The position numbers were made by a program, and so were the translations under genes. A stretch of 64,000 bases of DNA. Source: Octopus vulgaris (taxonomy: Eukaryota). The stretch lies in NCBI GenBank assembly GCA_951406725.2, contig OX597836.1, positions 20,026,001 through 20,090,000 on the forward strand, read 5' to 3'. Shown in pieces: positions 63,441 to 64,000 of the stretch (the first letter of the stretch is position 1; every line of letters starts with the position of its first letter). The notes under the pieces are model-generated. The model was not told the DNA's origin and made no database searches. It worked only from the letters and a program-made list of their open reading frames with translations.

Positions 63441-64000
63441 ATCATCATCATCGTTTAACGTCCGCTTTCATTGCTTGCATGGGTTGGACGGTTTAACTGG
63501 GGTCTGGGAAGCCAGTAGGCTGCACCAGGCCCAGTCTGATCTGGGAGTGTTTCTACAGCTGGATGCCTTTCCTAATGCCAACCACTCTGTGAGTGTAGTG
63601 GGTGCTTTTTATGTGCCACTGGCACAGATGCCAGACAAGGCTGGCAAACGGTCACGATCGCATGGTGCTTTTTACGTTCCACCGATATATATATATATAT
63701 ATACATATATGTATACATCATCATCATCATCATCATTTAATGGCTGTTTTCCATACTAGCATGGGTTGGACAGTTCGACTGGGGCCTAGGAAGCCAGGAG
63801 GTTGCACCAGGCCCCTATCTGATCTGGCAGTGTTTCTACAGCTGGATGCCCTTCCTAACACCAACCACTCTGAGAGTGTAGTGGCTGCTTTTTACATGCC
63901 ACTGGCACAGGGACCAGAGGAGCTGGCATCGACCACGATCAGATGGTGCTTTTTATGTCTCACTGGCATGGGAGCCAGTCAAGGCAGCACTGGCATCAGC
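63441..64000 (-). mobile_element. Two tandem hairpin-array/RTE-tail retroposons (63441-63685; 63715 to window end)
   Basis: (CAT)n tails, GGATGCCCTTCCTAA and GTGCCACTGGCAC units. Confidence 0.85.

Overview
AT-rich, repeat-dense eukaryotic DNA; the SINE repertoire and microsatellite load suggest a coleoid cephalopod, probably Octopus (inference, not verified). One clear host gene is present: a BTB-BACK protein with a divergent Kelch-like C-terminus, whose 664 codons lie in one exon (20190-22184, minus). The rest is mostly retroposon and DNA-transposon material: three main tRNA-derived SINE families with swappable tails, decayed CR1/L2, RTE, CRE, Penelope and LTR fragments, hAT, Tc1, piggyBac-like and Merlin-like MITEs, and several hammerhead-ribozyme motifs (one looks intact). 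Most short ORFs in the track are microsatellite or SINE artefacts. The most notable structure is at 44.7-49.1 kb. Two ~2 kb elements encoding only an L1/Tx1-type ORF1 (zinc-knuckle) protein, with no reverse transcriptase, sit head-to-tail at one site in the tRNA-derived head of a SINE. They carry target-like sequence at their 5' ends, have conserved 3' RNA hairpins, and share a 3' stem-loop with a second SINE family. Also notable: a tRNA-promoter + hammerhead element with an inverted 5' duplication (60.2-60.6 kb), and retroposons carrying arrays of covarying hairpins. All calls were made by eye; family names rest on recalled motifs, not database searches.
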